DNA of 55,791 nt from a virus. Its lineage: Duplodnaviria > Caudoviricetes. Numbering within the stretch: the stretch's first letter is position 1; each line of letters starts with the position of its first letter. The notes below the pieces were generated by a model. That model was not told the DNA's origin and did not search any database. It worked only from the letters and a program-made list of their open reading frames with translations. Positions 1 to 10,326 of the stretch are shown here, in pieces. The stretch spans positions 1 through 55,791 of the IMG/VR virus record IMGVR_UViG_3300047476_001434. One strand, given 5' to 3'. The position numbers were made by a program, and so were the translations under genes.

Positions 1-2
1 AT

Positions 3-2342
3 TTAAAATCTATTTTAGACAGTTTTAAGATTAAGTCCATATTGAATTCTAAAATATGGTCAAATCCTAATTCCCCCTCTTCTAATATGAATCCTAAAGT
101 TAGAGAAACTCTATTAGAAATAGCTAACGACTTTATTGAATTTTTAGACGTTAATATGGTTGTGTCCGATGTTGTAATGACAGGGTCACTTGCTAATTTT
201 AACTGGTCTAAATATTCAGACGTTGATATCCATATTATTGTAGATTTTAATCAGTTTCCCGAAAAAACAAAACCCCTATATGAAGAATTATTTAGATTAA
301 AGAAAACTATATACTCAACAAAACAAGATATTAAAATATTTGGTTATGATGTTGAGTTATATGTTGAGGATGAGAATATAGAGAAGGATGTTAAAAACAT
401 TGCGATTTATTCTATTATGTATGACGAATGGGTGAGTGAACCTAAAAAAGAGTCAATAAAGTTAAATCAAACCTCCGTTACGGAAAAGGCCAAACAATGG
501 ATGAGAATTATTGACGGGGTTTACGATAACATCCAAGACGAAGATATTGAGACCGCTAAAAAATTAATTCAGAAATACGTTGAAAAAATCAGAAACTATA
601 GGCAATGTGGTTTAGAAAGTGACGGAGAATATTCAGAAGAAAACTTGGTTTTTAAAATACTTAGACGTAATGGATATCTCGAAAAAATAAGAGATATGAA
701 AAATAAATTAGTAGATAAACGACTATCATTAAAAGAATCCACTACTACTATTGGCGGTAAATTTAAAGTTGATTTAGAAAATGGTCCTCTAAATCATGGT
801 AAACGTGCATTTGGTAATTGGCAATCAGACAACGCTTGGGATATATTCGCACCTGCGGGAACTATAGTTAATTCTTATACTGAAGGTGTAGTGACTAAGG
901 TGAGAGATACAGGTAAAAATTCAGGTAAAGTTTTTGGTACTCAAGTTTCAATAAAAGGTGAAAATGATTATCCTGATATTTTTTATACTCATTTGAAAAA
1001 TGTTAAATTAACTAAAGGTCAAAAAGTTAAAGTTGGTGATATTATTGGTGAAATATCTGAATGGGTTGGTCATAACAATATGACACATGTACATATTGGT
1101 TTACCAAGAGGAAAGCATTTAAGAGATTTACTTAAAAATTCGAGTAAAATATTTGTGGGTAATAGTGGAACTAACAACACTGAATCTGTTCCATCTCCTG
1201 ACGCAACCCCACTAAAACGAGATGAGGTTTTAGATAAAGAAATTGTTGATAATACCAATGATTTAATAACAAAAAATTCTGATTTTAAAGGAGTTAAAAA
1301 AGAAGACGTTATTCTTACTTTAAAAAATGCCGAAGACGGAAGTAATAAAGTGTTAAGTGATTTTTATAAATTAGTCCAATCTAAAAAAGAACTTAAAAAT
1401 TTAAAAGGTATTGAGAGTAGCCTTCCCGTTGATAAAGATGTTGAATTGTTACAAACCGCATTACAATTTTTAGGTTTTCTTTTACCTAAATGGGGAATCG
1501 ATGGTAAGTTTGGTCCTGAAACAGAACAATCAGTTAAAGACTTTCAGAAAAAATACGGACTACAAGAAGACGGGTCAATGAATAGTGAGGACTTAACAAA
1601 ATTGTTTTCAATACTAACATTAAAAAACTTTAACGATTCTAACATGTCTAAAATTCAAAAGGATGAAGATTTAACGTCTTCCAACATAACCGCAACAACA
1701 GGAGGTCCCCAACAAACAGGTGATGTAAAATTGATTTCATCATTTAAGCCTGAACAAGAAAAAAATATTTCTTATTTAGTTAAAGAAATGGATAAAATTG
1801 GTATTACAAATCCATATACTCAAATAGGGATATTATCAGTAATATCTAAAGAGTCTAATTTTATACCTAAAAGCGAAACATCATATTCAACAACTAGTCC
1901 TGAAAGAATACGTAGTCTTTTTGGTAGTAGAGTTGCACATCTTTCAGATTCACAAATTAACCAACTTAAACAAGATGATAAAAAATTCTATAATTTAATT
2001 TATGCTAAAACTGTTGGTAACCAAGGAGGTGATGATGGTTATAGATATAGAGGTAGAGGTTTTAATCAATTAACAGGAATAAAAAATTACCAAAAATATA
2101 GTAATATGATTGGTATGGGTGATAAATTAGTCGACAACCCTGATTTAGTTAACGACCCTGAAATCGCGGCTAAAATAGCCTTAGCATTTTTTACAAAAGG
2201 TAAATCACCATCAACATTCCCAAATTTCAATAGTAAAAAGGAAGCGGCAATTTATTTTGCGGATATTAACGCTGGTGGTGGAGTGAGTTCTCACAGGGGT
2301 AATGCGATTAAAGCATCAGAAAAATTTGATGTGGCGGTATAG
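3..2342 (+). CDS. Multidomain protein (5'-truncated): Pol-beta-type nucleotidyltransferase + M23 peptidase + peptidoglycan-binding domain + GH19-like lysozyme
   Basis: Frame is open to the window edge (LKSILDSFKIKSILNSK...). NTase motif GSLANFNWSKYSDVDIH; M23 motifs H...WDIFAP, YTHL, HVHIG; PG-binding DVELLQTALQFLGF..IDGKFGPETEQSVKDFQ; GH19 motif YRYRGRGFNQLTG..NY. Confidence 0.8.
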   Translation, partial: LKSILDSFKIKSILNSKIWSNPNSPSSNMNPKVRETLLEIANDFIEFLDVNMVVSDVVMTGSLANFNWSKYSDVDIHIIVDFNQFPEKTKPLYEELFRLKKTIYSTKQDIKIFGYDVELYVEDENIEKDVKNIAIYSIMYDEWVSEPKKESIKLNQTSVTEKAKQWMRIIDGVYDNIQDEDIETAKKLIQKYVEKIRNYRQCGLESDGEYSEENLVFKILRRNGYLEKIRDMKNKLVDKRLSLKESTTTIGGKFKVDLENGPLNHGKRAFGNWQSDNAWDIFAPAGTIVNSYTEGVVTKVRDTGKNSGKVFGTQVSIKGENDYPDIFYTHLKNVKLTKGQKVKVGDIIGEISEWVGHNNMTHVHIGLPRGKHLRDLLKNSSKIFVGNSGTNNTESVPSPDATPLKRDEVLDKEIVDNTNDLITKNSDFKGVKKEDVILTLKNAEDGSNKVLSDFYKLVQSKKELKNLKGIESSLPVDKDVELLQTALQFLGFLLPKWGIDGKFGPETEQSVKDFQKKYGLQEDGSMNSEDLTKLFSILTLKNFNDSNMSKIQKDEDLTSSNITATTGGPQQTGDVKLISSFKPEQEKNISYLVKEMDKIGITNPYTQIGILSVISKESNFIPKSETSYSTTSPERIRSLFGSRVAHLSDSQINQLKQDDKKFYNLIYAKTVGNQGGDDGYRYRGRGFNQLTGIKNYQKYSNMIGMGDKLVDNPDLVNDPEIAAKIALAFFTKGKSPSTFPNFNSKKEAAIYFADINAGGGVSSHRGNAIKASEKFDVAV

Positions 2343-2418
2343 TATATAATTTATTAAAGGATAATTAGGTTAAATGATATATTTATATATAAAATAATTT
2401 TATTTAAACAAACTCAAG

Positions 2419-3738
2419 ATGGGAAAATTGAAACCAATTGGTAGTGAAAAACTACAAGGAATGGATAAAATAAATCGCATGATAGAAATCGCGAGATATA
2501 ATGAACACAAACCAAATCCAATTAACGAAAATAAATCGTTAGAATATTCTAAATCTTTTTCCGATGGTCAAAAATATCACATCGTTAAAGAAACTAATGG
2601 ATATGTTATTAAAAAAGGTAATGGATTAAATGAGTCTAATCTAGATTATATTGAACCTTTAAAAGGTAGAAAATATTATTCATCATATTCACAAGCTTTA
2701 AAAAGGCTTAATATTATGGCCAAAGATGTTAATTCTTCAGAAGGATATCTGAAAAATTTGTCTCTATTTGAAAGTGAATCTGAGGTTGATGATAGATATT
2801 TTTTAAAGTCTGACAATGGGGAAACTAATGAACAAGAAGACCCTGCGGCCGCTGCAACACCTCCAGCACCCGCACCTGATATGGCTCCTGCCCCTGCACC
2901 TGATATGGCTCCTACACCTGATATGGACCCTGAACTTGACGACATGGGAGATGAAGACATGGGTGATGAAGACATGGGTGATGAAGATGAAGAAAAAGTA
3001 ACGTTTAAAGACATCCAAAAATTAACAGGGAAGTTAGGTCAAAAAATAAGAACTTTTATGGATGACGAAGAAAATGAAATGTCATCAAAAGATATTAAAT
3101 ATGTAATAAATTCAATTTTATCAGCATTAGATTTAGATGCGTTAGAAGATGAAGATTTAGAATCAATTATTGCTAAATTAGAAGGTGAAGAAGAAGGTGA
3201 AGAAGAAGGAGCTGAGGGTGAAGAATCACCTGAGGAAGTCCCAACACCTGAAACAGGAGTTGCTCCTGAAGCGGTTCCCGCACCACCAGTAGCACCTGAA
3301 GGTGGCGAAGTTGCGGAATTTGATTTTTCAGACGAAGACGAAGATGATGATTTCTATCCTCGTCACGGAGCAAGAAAAAGACATATGTATGATGAATTAT
3401 CGGAAGAAGAATCTGATGCAGTAAAAGGTATGATTGATGGTATTTTTTCAGAATCAAAAGTTGACAACATCCTAAAAAAATATTTCAGAATTGATGAAAA
3501 AGAAAAATCGTTATTAGAAGAAAAAAGAAAACAAAAAACTTTAATTAACGAAAATACAAATAAAAATATCAGCAGAATTAAAAATTTATCTGAGTCTATC
3601 GCTCAAGAAATTTCGGCGACTAAATTAATTAAAAAATACCCTAAAGTTAAATTTATCGGTAAGTCACAACAGAATAATTTAGTTTTTGAAAGTAATAATA
3701 AAAGAATTAAAGTAACTCCTAAAGGAAGTATTTTATGA
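2419..3738 (+). CDS. Acidic low-complexity hypothetical protein, probably a head-core/internal protein
   Basis: 439-aa ORF, D/E and P/A tracts, many (L/I/F)xE sites, TATTTAT at 2380-2386. Confidence 0.7.
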   Translation: MGKLKPIGSEKLQGMDKINRMIEIARYNEHKPNPINENKSLEYSKSFSDGQKYHIVKETNGYVIKKGNGLNESNLDYIEPLKGRKYYSSYSQALKRLNIMAKDVNSSEGYLKNLSLFESESEVDDRYFLKSDNGETNEQEDPAAAATPPAPAPDMAPAPAPDMAPTPDMDPELDDMGDEDMGDEDMGDEDEEKVTFKDIQKLTGKLGQKIRTFMDDEENEMSSKDIKYVINSILSALDLDALEDEDLESIIAKLEGEEEGEEEGAEGEESPEEVPTPETGVAPEAVPAPPVAPEGGEVAEFDFSDEDEDDDFYPRHGARKRHMYDELSEEESDAVKGMIDGIFSESKVDNILKKYFRIDEKEKSLLEEKRKQKTLINENTNKNISRIKNLSESIAQEISATKLIKKYPKVKFIGKSQQNNLVFESNNKRIKVTPKGSIL

Positions 3739-4145
3739 GTTATTTAATCTATGTGAATGAATTAGGACCAAACTATAAAGGAGAAATAACATACGAGTTT
3801 ATTTTTTCCGATAGTATTGAGGGGATATGGGGGGATTCTTGGGAATCAAAACCATCGAATGGTTACCCGTCACCACCTGACTTAGAGCACATAACAAAAG
3901 TTGGAGTTTTGAAAACAGATGAAACCACTTTATCTGTAGTTCAAAACTCTGATTATTTTTCAATGGTTGATGCTATGGATGGTGTAATTGCATTATCGTG
4001 GGAGAATGAAACTGATGAGGTTAATTTTGATTCTGTTAAAAGATTAGTGTTTAACTTTGGTCAAAATGAAGAGTCAGTAAAAGATAAATTATATGAACGA
4101 GATTTCGTTCTTGGATTTGAGAATAAAATTGTTTATGAAAAATAA
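3735..4145 (+). CDS. Hypothetical protein
   Basis: 136-aa ORF, ATGA overlap with the upstream gene. Confidence 0.7.
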   Translation: MSYLIYVNELGPNYKGEITYEFIFSDSIEGIWGDSWESKPSNGYPSPPDLEHITKVGVLKTDETTLSVVQNSDYFSMVDAMDGVIALSWENETDEVNFDSVKRLVFNFGQNEESVKDKLYERDFVLGFENKIVYEK

Positions 4146-5121
4146 TAAAAAATTAGCACTTATTAAACACGGTTTTAAAAATGATTTACTATCTTCGCTT
4201 AATGAGAATCAAATTAATGCGTTATATAAAAGATTAACGGAATCTAAAAAAGAAACTAAAGAGCAAACTAAAGTTGAGAAAACCGTTTACAATTCAAACG
4301 ACCCAAAACAAAAAGAAGCGATAAACGCAATGTTAAAAAATCCTGATAGTATAAAGGGTAAAAATATCGAAATCGCAGAAGACGACGAAGATTCAATGGA
4401 TTTTGAAAAGGGTCAAAGAACCCAACAAGCAAAACAAGTTGGTCCGTCCACTGATGATGGTTTTGATGATTACGGTGACGGTGGCGATATTAATGAGGAA
4501 GAGTTTAACGAAATCCAAGAAGCCTTCAAATCTAAAAAACAACAAAAATATTTTTTTGCTAAATGTGGTGACGGAAAAACGAAAGAACAAAAAAAATGGT
4601 GTAAAATGGCTGAAGAATTCGCCGAAAAAACTAATTTTAAAAAAATACCTGAAAGAAAAAAGAAAACTGAAACTAAGGAAAATTTTACAATGAAAGATTA
4701 TGGTAAAAAAATAAGTAGTGTTTATAGTAACATAATGAAAGGAAAACTTGCTGATATTACTAAGGAAGAATTAGAAAAACAAGTTACCTCACTGGTTGAG
4801 AAACACGTTTCACCTAAAATGAGTAAAAGAGATTTTTTAGGTTTAGTATATGAACAAGGTACTAAAGAAAAAGAAAGAACAAAAGAGAAAGAAAAAACTA
4901 GAGAGAAAGAACACGATAACCCATATAAAGTTAAACCAGGTGTTAAACCCGCACCTAAAGCGGATACTAAAATTGCTCCAAGCAAACCTGGAATTAAAAC
5001 ACCATCTAAACCAACACCTGCAACACCATATAAACCTAAAGTTAAACCAGCTCCTAAAGCGGGTAATGAGGACTTACCTAATTGGTTAACTTTCGATTCA
5101 TTAGGTCTTAATATAAAATAA
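4135..5121 (+). CDS. Hypothetical charged protein, probably a head-internal protein
   Basis: ATG 4135 (MKNNKK) overlaps the previous stop region; FKSKKQQKYF motif, K/P-rich C-terminus, several LNE/LTE/INE sites. Confidence 0.65.
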   Translation: MKNNKKLALIKHGFKNDLLSSLNENQINALYKRLTESKKETKEQTKVEKTVYNSNDPKQKEAINAMLKNPDSIKGKNIEIAEDDEDSMDFEKGQRTQQAKQVGPSTDDGFDDYGDGGDINEEEFNEIQEAFKSKKQQKYFFAKCGDGKTKEQKKWCKMAEEFAEKTNFKKIPERKKKTETKENFTMKDYGKKISSVYSNIMKGKLADITKEELEKQVTSLVEKHVSPKMSKRDFLGLVYEQGTKEKERTKEKEKTREKEHDNPYKVKPGVKPAPKADTKIAPSKPGIKTPSKPTPATPYKPKVKPAPKAGNEDLPNWLTFDSLGLNIK

Positions 5122-5122
5122 A

Positions 5123-6451
5123 ATGAGTTTGAACGTAAAAATGGAAAAAATATTAAAAACAAAAAAATCGTTAGAAAAAAAACTAATGAGAGAAGGTTTA
5201 ACGTACAAAGAAAAGTCTTTACTTAATGAGATAAAAAAATCAATTTCTGAAGCTCCGATTGATTATGAAGGACCTGAAAGAATGGGTCAAGATGTTGAGA
5301 GACAAATTTTACAAAGACAAACCCCTTTTCACGAACATCCCGCAATACCAAAAGAGGAACGAGATTTTATTGAAGTAATTGCGTCAAAACGATTTAAAGA
5401 TTCAGTTGATAAAGTTAGGAGATATATGGGTAATACCCAAGCTTTACAAGGACCTAACGCATTTATGAATTTAATGATGATGGGAATGCAAGGAGCTCAA
5501 CAAATTGCAATGATTGAAACTCGTCATAAACAAACATTAGAAAATTTGGCGGTTGAACTAGTTAAAAAAGAAATGGGTATTCCTGAAGGAGCTCTACAAT
5601 TTGATGCTAAACTAATCCATGGAGGTATGGGAGCCGCTCAAGGTATGCAAACCCAACCACAGATGCCTGACGAAGAGGATGTCAAAGAAGCGTTTAAACA
5701 TACTGAAGATTTAGAAAATTTCGCAGACGAGTTTGAACAATTTAATTTGGAAAGAGCGAAAAGAAGATTTATAAATTCATTAATCCAAGGAGCCGCGTTT
5801 AAAGGAGGACACATGTATGTTTTAGCATCTGAAGAGATAAATAGAATCAGTCCACAATTATTAAACCTTTATGGAGTCACTCAATCTTTAATGGAACATC
5901 TTTATTGGATATTTCCAAATATGGAAGGAATGGCCGCTGGAGGTGGTGGACAAATGGGTCAAAGTGAAATCGATGATGAAACTGACCCACCAACAGTTAA
6001 AGCAAGAGCTGCGACTTTTCCTTTATTAATTCATGAATTAGTTAAAGGTGTTTACGAAGTATTTGGTACACATGGATTACCTGATGACCCAAGACAACAA
6101 GAAATGGTTATGGGTGCGGAAGATACATTACCTGCCGAAATTTGGGACTCTAGATTAGGTCCTATATTTTGGGAGAAATTCACTGCAACATACCCAATGG
6201 AGTTATTTGACGATGATAAGAAGTTCATACAACATTACTTATTCATGAGATTTTCTAAATTAGATGCTAATGAATTCTTTAGAGTTGCTAAATTAATATT
6301 ACAAGGGGACCCAAGAGGAACTCAGTTTATCGAAAGAATGGTAAACGAAATTACTAAAGAATTAAAACAACAAGAATACGAAAGAAGTATGGGTGATGAC
6401 GATGATGATGACGATTTAGATGATATCGACCTATCCCAATTAGGATTTTAA
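5123..6451 (+). CDS. Hypothetical protein upstream of terminase
   Basis: 442-aa ORF, 1 nt after the previous stop, followed by a terminator. Confidence 0.75.
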   Translation: MSLNVKMEKILKTKKSLEKKLMREGLTYKEKSLLNEIKKSISEAPIDYEGPERMGQDVERQILQRQTPFHEHPAIPKEERDFIEVIASKRFKDSVDKVRRYMGNTQALQGPNAFMNLMMMGMQGAQQIAMIETRHKQTLENLAVELVKKEMGIPEGALQFDAKLIHGGMGAAQGMQTQPQMPDEEDVKEAFKHTEDLENFADEFEQFNLERAKRRFINSLIQGAAFKGGHMYVLASEEINRISPQLLNLYGVTQSLMEHLYWIFPNMEGMAAGGGGQMGQSEIDDETDPPTVKARAATFPLLIHELVKGVYEVFGTHGLPDDPRQQEMVMGAEDTLPAEIWDSRLGPIFWEKFTATYPMELFDDDKKFIQHYLFMRFSKLDANEFFRVAKLILQGDPRGTQFIERMVNEITKELKQQEYERSMGDDDDDDDLDDIDLSQLGF

Positions 6452-6470
6452 AATACTAATAAAACTTTAA

Positions 6471-6504
6471 AAAAACCCTCGATTAATATTAATCGGGGGT
6501 TTTT
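6471..6504 (+). terminator. Intrinsic terminator
   Basis: aaaaaccctcgattaa-ta-ttaatcgggggttttt inverted repeat ending in a T run. Confidence 0.75.
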
Positions 6505-6506
6505 GA

Positions 6507-6513
6507 TATTTAT
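6507..6513 (+). promoter_or_regulatory. TATTTAT motif (candidate late promoter) before terminase
   Basis: Directly after a terminator and 14 nt before the ATG; same motif precedes more than 10 other genes. Confidence 0.6.
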
Positions 6514-6527
6514 ATATAAATAATTTT

Positions 6528-8294
6528 ATGAGTTTAACAAAAGAACAAGTTCTTCTTGAGTATGTAAAATGTATGAGAGACACCCCATACGCATTAAGAA
6601 CATATCTACAAACTTACGATAATACCGCATCAAAATACGTACCTTTAGAGTTGTTTCCTGACCAAGTCACATTACTTGACGACTATGAAAAATATAATGA
6701 GAATATCGCGTTAAAATATCGACAAGCAGGTGTATCAACAGTAACCGCCGCTTGGATATCAAAGAAGTTAGTTTTCGCTAAGAAAGAAAAACCTGAAAAA
6801 ATTCTTATCATCGCCAACAAATTAGACACATCAATCGAGATGGCTAATAAAATTAGAATGTTTGTTAGTCAATGGCCTTCTTGGACGGGTGTTGATATAG
6901 ACCCTAATAAGAAATCAACAAAACATTGGAGAATAACAAATGGTTGTGAAATTAAAGCGGTTGCAACATCTAAGGATGCTTTACGTGGTTTCACCCCGAC
7001 AGTTCTTGTATTTGATGAGGCGGCATTTATTGAGGCGGATAGCGATTTCTGGGCAGCTTGTATGGCGTCATTATCAACGGGAGGTAAAGTAATCGTTGTA
7101 TCAACACCAAACGGATATGACCCAATTTATTACGAAATATATGACCAAGCGTTAAGAAACATGAACGATTTTAAAATCACTGAAATGTTTTGGTACAGAG
7201 ACCCTCGTTACGCTAAGGATTTATTTTTTGTTAAGACTGAGAGTATTATCCATTATTTACTCAATAAAGAGGAGTATGTTATTGATGATATCATTAAATG
7301 GGAAGATATCCCATTTGAGAATAGGGATTACGTTGAAGCCACGAAACTTATGGAACAAGGATATAAACCTTGTTCTGATTGGTTTGAAAAGATGGTAAAA
7401 AAATTAAAGTACGATAAACGTAAAGTTTCTCAGGAGTTGGAGTGTAACTTTTTAGGGTCAGGTGATAATGTATTTGATTCTTTAATGATGCAAAAGATTA
7501 AAGAGAATATGATTAGAGAACCCCAAAATAAAATGATGGGGAATGCTTTATGGATTTGGAAAGACCCTGTAGTTGGTCATAAATATGTTATGGGTGTTGA
7601 CGTTTCAAGGGGTGATAGTGAGGACTTTAGTTCATTTCAAATTATTGATTTTGATACTAGAGAACAAGTTGCGGAATACGTAGGTAAACTACCACCCGAC
7701 ACAATGGCCGAGATATGTTATAAGTGGGCAAACATGTATTCTTGTTATATTGTAATAGATATTACAGGTGGTATGGGTGTATCTACCGCAAGAAAATTAC
7801 AAGAGATAGGATATAAAAATCTATACATTGATGGTGTAGACGGTACTAACAAATGGAAGTACGACCCTAAAGCATTAGAAAAAATACCAGGTATTAATTT
7901 TAATAACAAAAGAGTTCAGATAATCGCTTCTTTTGAAGAAGCTATGAGACACGACTTTAAAATATATAGTAACCGATTGTTCAATGAAATGAATACGTTT
8001 GTCTATATAAATGGTAGACCTGACCATCAAAAAGGACATCATGATGACCTTATTATGGGTATTGCAATGGCGACTTATGTCGCTGAAGCGTCTTTTAGTA
8101 ATTTAACTAAAGTAACAGAACATACTAAAGCCATGATAGACTCTTGGTCAGTTAGTAATAATGAGAATGTGAGCCAACAAATAGCGTTTAATCCCGTGAT
8201 TCCTCACTATAATGAAAGAATTTCTCAATTTAATAATACAATACCTAGAGAGGAATACATGAAACACGCTTGGTTGTTTAATGGTAGGCGATAA
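6528..8294 (+). CDS. Terminase large subunit (T4 gp17-like)
   Basis: Walker A KYRQAGVST, Walker B VLVFDEAAF, motif III VSTPNG, nuclease MGVDVSRG and HDDLIM. Confidence 0.95.
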   Translation: MSLTKEQVLLEYVKCMRDTPYALRTYLQTYDNTASKYVPLELFPDQVTLLDDYEKYNENIALKYRQAGVSTVTAAWISKKLVFAKKEKPEKILIIANKLDTSIEMANKIRMFVSQWPSWTGVDIDPNKKSTKHWRITNGCEIKAVATSKDALRGFTPTVLVFDEAAFIEADSDFWAACMASLSTGGKVIVVSTPNGYDPIYYEIYDQALRNMNDFKITEMFWYRDPRYAKDLFFVKTESIIHYLLNKEEYVIDDIIKWEDIPFENRDYVEATKLMEQGYKPCSDWFEKMVKKLKYDKRKVSQELECNFLGSGDNVFDSLMMQKIKENMIREPQNKMMGNALWIWKDPVVGHKYVMGVDVSRGDSEDFSSFQIIDFDTREQVAEYVGKLPPDTMAEICYKWANMYSCYIVIDITGGMGVSTARKLQEIGYKNLYIDGVDGTNKWKYDPKALEKIPGINFNNKRVQIIASFEEAMRHDFKIYSNRLFNEMNTFVYINGRPDHQKGHHDDLIMGIAMATYVAEASFSNLTKVTEHTKAMIDSWSVSNNENVSQQIAFNPVIPHYNERISQFNNTIPREEYMKHAWLFNGRR

Positions 8295-8314
8295 TATTTA
8301 TAAAAAAAAAAGAA

Positions 8315-8461
8315 ATGGGACTTATTAGTAGAAAAAAATCGGGTAATAAATTTAACGGGAGTAAATTAAATGTCCCTGGCCAAGGGATTAGTTCAGTTAA
8401 ACCAGGTGGTGATAATAAAATAAATCAACAAAAATCATCTGATAGTAAAGGGAATAAATAA
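8315..8461 (+). CDS. Small basic 48-aa protein, absent from the ORF track
   Basis: MGLISRKKSGNKFNGSKLNVPGQGISSVKPGGDNKINQQKSSDSKGNK; fills the terminase-portal gap; TATTTAT at 8295-8301 and an A-rich leader. Confidence 0.6.
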   Translation: MGLISRKKSGNKFNGSKLNVPGQGISSVKPGGDNKINQQKSSDSKGNK

Positions 8462-8501
8462 TAACTATTTAATTATTCTTATTAGTATTTAAATTAAAAA
8501 T

Positions 8502-10304
8502 ATGGAAAATAATAACAATAATCAATTAACGGTTTGGCAAAGGTTATCGCACGCATTTGGGCCAAACGCTTTGTTAAATCAAGATTACCCAACATACAAA
8601 TTTGATAGAAAAGAGTTACTGAAAACAAACTCAAAACAAGAGTACGAAAAAGAATTATTACAAGCTCAACAAACATATTACCTATCAAATCAATGGACAA
8701 AAATAGAAAGTAATTTATATACTCAGGCAGTATACTATGAACCAACAAGATTAGCGTCATTTTATGATTATGAATCAATGGAGTATACCCCTGAAATATC
8801 GGCAGCATTAGACATTTATGGTGAGGAATCTACGACCTCAGACCAAAATGGGTATATGTTACAAATTTATTCCGAATCAAAACGAATAAAAGGGATATTA
8901 ACCGATTTATTCAATAATGTTTTAGACGTGAATACAAATTTACCAATGTGGACTAGAAACACATGTAAGTACGGTGATAATTTTGTATACCTAAAATTAG
9001 ATTCTGAAAAAGGAGTTGTTGGATGTATGCAATTACCTAACATTGAGATTGAAAGATTGGAGAGGGGTATGCCCGCTCAAGCAACAAGACAAAACGTTGA
9101 CGAACCTGCCGAAAACAAAGGTCTTAGATTTAAGTGGAAAGTAAAAGACATGGAATTTAATTCATGGGAAATAGCTCACTTTAGATTGTTAGGTGATGAT
9201 AGAAAATTACCATACGGAACTTCTATGTTAGAAAAGGCAAGACGTATATGGAAACAATTATTATTATCTGAAGATGCAATGTTGATTTACCGTACATCAA
9301 GAGCCCCTGAAAGAAGGGTCTTTAAAGTGTTTGTTGGTAATATGGATGATAAGGATGTTGAGGCATATGTACAACGTGTCGCAAACAAATTTAAAAGAAA
9401 TCAAGTTGTTGATGATAAAACAGGAAATGTTGACTTACGTTTCAATCAAATGGCCGTTGACCAAGATTATTTTATTCCTGTTAGGGACCCTGCTCAAGCG
9501 TCCCCTATAGATACTTTACCAGGCGCACAAAACTTAGCGGAAATTGCGGATATTGAATATATCCAAAAGAAATTATTAACTGCTTTACGTGTACCTAAAG
9601 CATTTTTAGGTTTTGAGGAAGTTGTCGGTGAGGGTAAAAATCTTTCATTACAGGATATTCGTTTCGCTAGGACAATCAACAGAATCCAAAAATCTATGAT
9701 TGCAGAATTAAATAAAATTGCAATTATCCATTTATTTTTATTAGGTTTTGAGGATGAATTAAATAACTTTACATTAGGTTTAACTAACCCATCAACACAG
9801 GCCGATTTATTAAAAATTGATGTATTTAAAGAAAAATTATTAGCTTATAAAGACGCGGTAACTGCAATAGAAGGTATTGCACCCACATCAATATCATGGG
9901 CGAAAAAACATATTCTTGGATTTTCTGATGAAGAAATTAAACTTGATTTACAACAACAAAGAATCGAAAAAGCGGTTGGAGCTGAATTAACTAACACCGC
10001 AACTATCATAACTAAAACAGGTTTATTTGACAATATTGATAAATTATATGGCGGGTCTTCTTCGGGAGATACTGCAGGAGGAGCCGCTCCACCACCTCCA
10101 CCATCAGGGGGAGAATCACCACCTCCTGGAGGTGATATGGGAGGAGAACCAGGAATTACTCCTGAATCTTTTAACAAAGATAATTTAAAAATATTATTAG
10201 AATCCGATTCATTAATTGACCAAGAATCATTTATAGATTTATCTAAAGCTAAAAATTCTTTAGGGGAAATTGAGGTTCAGCTGAATAAACTTCTAGGTGG
10301 TTGA
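8502..10304 (+). CDS. Portal protein (T4 gp20-like)
   Basis: EDAMLIYRTSRAPERRVF, DYFIPVR, IDTLPGAQNL..IADIEY..KKLL.ALRVP are gp20-type motifs. Confidence 0.95.
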   Translation: MENNNNNQLTVWQRLSHAFGPNALLNQDYPTYKFDRKELLKTNSKQEYEKELLQAQQTYYLSNQWTKIESNLYTQAVYYEPTRLASFYDYESMEYTPEISAALDIYGEESTTSDQNGYMLQIYSESKRIKGILTDLFNNVLDVNTNLPMWTRNTCKYGDNFVYLKLDSEKGVVGCMQLPNIEIERLERGMPAQATRQNVDEPAENKGLRFKWKVKDMEFNSWEIAHFRLLGDDRKLPYGTSMLEKARRIWKQLLLSEDAMLIYRTSRAPERRVFKVFVGNMDDKDVEAYVQRVANKFKRNQVVDDKTGNVDLRFNQMAVDQDYFIPVRDPAQASPIDTLPGAQNLAEIADIEYIQKKLLTALRVPKAFLGFEEVVGEGKNLSLQDIRFARTINRIQKSMIAELNKIAIIHLFLLGFEDELNNFTLGLTNPSTQADLLKIDVFKEKLLAYKDAVTAIEGIAPTSISWAKKHILGFSDEEIKLDLQQQRIEKAVGAELTNTATIITKTGLFDNIDKLYGGSSSGDTAGGAAPPPPPSGGESPPPGGDMGGEPGITPESFNKDNLKILLESDSLIDQESFIDLSKAKNSLGEIEVQLNKLLGG

Positions 10305-10326
10305 TATTTATTTTAAAAACAAAACA

